This document shows positions 62,980 through 64,000 of a stretch of DNA of 64,000 bases, piece after piece. This DNA comes from an uncultured bacterium (GTDB lineage Bacteria > Bacillota > Clostridia > Lachnospirales > Lachnospiraceae). The stretch covers positions 548-64,547 of the forward strand of contig CAJMQQ010000005.1 in NCBI GenBank assembly GCA_905215625.1. The letters are read 5' to 3'. Positions within the stretch are counted from its first letter, which is position 1. Each line of letters opens with the position of its first letter. The translations under genes and the position numbers were made by a program. The notes under the pieces are model-generated. The model saw only the letters and a list, made by a program, of their open reading frames with translations. It had not been told where the DNA came from and made no database searches.

Positions 62980-64000
62980 TGTTCTTCACCACCTTTTACA
63001 TTCTCATTTACCATTGCATTAGGACCAATCTTTGCGCCGTCTCCAATGTAGATGCCTGCGCCTACAGTTGCTACACCGCTTTCTTCCTCAGAAGGCATTG
63101 CGCCGACTACGGCATTTTCTCCGATTACAACATTTTCTGCAATGATACAGTGCTGTACCACAGCGCCGGCTTTGATGGTTGTTCCATCCATAACAACCGC
63201 ATCTTCTACTACAGCGCCAGCTTCTACCTTAACGCCAGCGAACAGGATAGAGTGCTTTACATTGCCTGCAATCCGGCAGCCGTCGGTAATCATGGAATTT
63301 TCCACGACAGCATCTCCCGTAATCCGGTGTCCGGTCATACCGCTGTTCCGGCTGTAAATTTTCCAGTTGTCATCAAATAAGTTAATACCGCTGTTTTCCG
63401 GATCCAGAACTTCCATATTGGCTTCCCAGAGAGAGGGGATGGTTCCAACGTCTTTCCAGTATCCGTCAAAGTGGTATGCGTACATATTGCGTCCATCTTT
63501 CAGCAAGTTGGGGATAATGTTGTTTCCAAAGTCATTTTCAGAATTGGGATCTGCTTCGTCCTCGATTAAGTACTTTTTCAGAATATCCCAGTTAAAGATA
63601 TAGATGCCCATAGAAGCAAGATTGGATTTTGGATTCTTCGGCTTTTCCTGGAATTCCGTAATCTTGTCATTTTCGTCTGCAACCATCAGTCCGAAACGAG
63701 ATGCTTCTTCCCAGGGAACTTCCATAACTGCTACGGAAAATTCGGCATTTTTTTCTTTGTGGAATCTTAAGAAATCGCTGTAATCTTGCTTACAGATCTG
63801 GTCTCCGGAAAGGATGATAACGTACTGAGGATTGTACCGTTCGATGAATGGAATATTCTGATAAATAGCATTGGCAGTACCTTTGTACCAGTTAGAACCG
63901 GATGCCTGCTGATAAGGCGGAAGTACATGGACGCCCCCATGAAGGCGATCCAGATCCCAGGGCTGTCCGTTGCCAATGTATTCGTTAAGAACAAGGGGCT
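62973..64000 (-). CDS. glgC: Glucose-1-phosphate adenylyltransferase GlgC (5' end outside window)
   Basis: The frame stays open upstream of the M at 63725 to the window edge (...[72 protein letters not shown]...). The C-terminus is a left-handed beta-helix. Confidence 0.93.
   Translation of the reverse strand, partial: PLVLNEYIGNGQPWDLDRLHGGVHVLPPYQQASGSNWYKGTANAIYQNIPFIERYNPQYVIILSGDQICKQDYSDFLRFHKEKNAEFSVAVMEVPWEEASRFGLMVADENDKITEFQEKPKNPKSNLASMGIYIFNWDILKKYLIEDEADPNSENDFGNNIIPNLLKDGRNMYAYHFDGYWKDVGTIPSLWEANMEVLDPENSGINLFDDNWKIYSRNSGMTGHRITGDAVVENSMITDGCRIAGNVKHSILFAGVKVEAGAVVEDAVVMDGTTIKAGAVVQHCIIAENVVIGENAVVGAMPSEEESGVATVGAGIYIGDGAKIGPNAMVNENVKGGEEQW

Noticed and set aside
63767-63994. 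75-aa minus-strand ORF at the window end
   Set aside because: It is out of frame with, and fully inside, the glgC reading frame, which stays open to the window edge and shows clear ADP-glucose pyrophosphorylase sequence.

Overview
This looks like a chromosomal segment from a spore-forming Clostridia-type Firmicute. The gene content is Lachnospiraceae-like, but the taxon is inference only. The window is almost fully coding, and I saw no rRNA, tRNA, CRISPR array, transposase or integrase by eye.

- **1-17.8 kb:** the classic conserved sporulation/housekeeping block. It runs spoIIIAA-AH, an Asp23-family gene, two inserted dehydrogenase-like genes, nusB, xseA, xseB, an ispA-type prenyl synthase, dxs, tlyA, nadK, argR, recN and spoIVB.
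- **17.9-21 kb:** spo0A normally follows spoIVB, but here there is a visibly AT-rich patch (about 17.9-19.8 kb). It carries a COG1373-type AAA ATPase (AAA_14/DUF4143-like) and a small unknown ORF. A 401-aa unknown two-domain protein follows.
- **21-42 kb:** a mixed accessory-like stretch.
  - three MATE exporters
  - an M20 amidohydrolase
  - a CcdA-thioredoxin fusion
  - an alpha/beta hydrolase
  - two tandem c-di-GMP genes, one of them frameshifted
  - a GH88 plus DUF2264-like pair
  - MarR plus a two-subunit ABC exporter whose first subunit carries an in-frame TGA
  - an acyltransferase-3 gene
- **43.3-49.4 kb:** rnfCDGEAB, followed by a NifX-like / His-Cys-rich / FKBP fusion gene.
- **49.8-61 kb:** my best candidate for an undescribed system. 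An 18-bp CG-centred palindrome occurs four times in front of consecutive transcription units. Together these encode the following:
  - a fused orphan PTS-Man IIC-IID protein
  - a FucI-like isomerase
  - a LacI regulator
  - a CUT1 ABC importer with an embedded cytoplasmic Cys-type sulfatase
  - a class II ketose-bisphosphate aldolase
  - an AgaS-like SIS protein
  
  This fits a catabolic route for a sulfated (amino)sugar.
- **61-64 kb:** a degraded ATPase remnant, a 12-bp tandem repeat, glgD and a partial glgC.

All family assignments come from motif recognition by eye and need HMM or BLAST confirmation.
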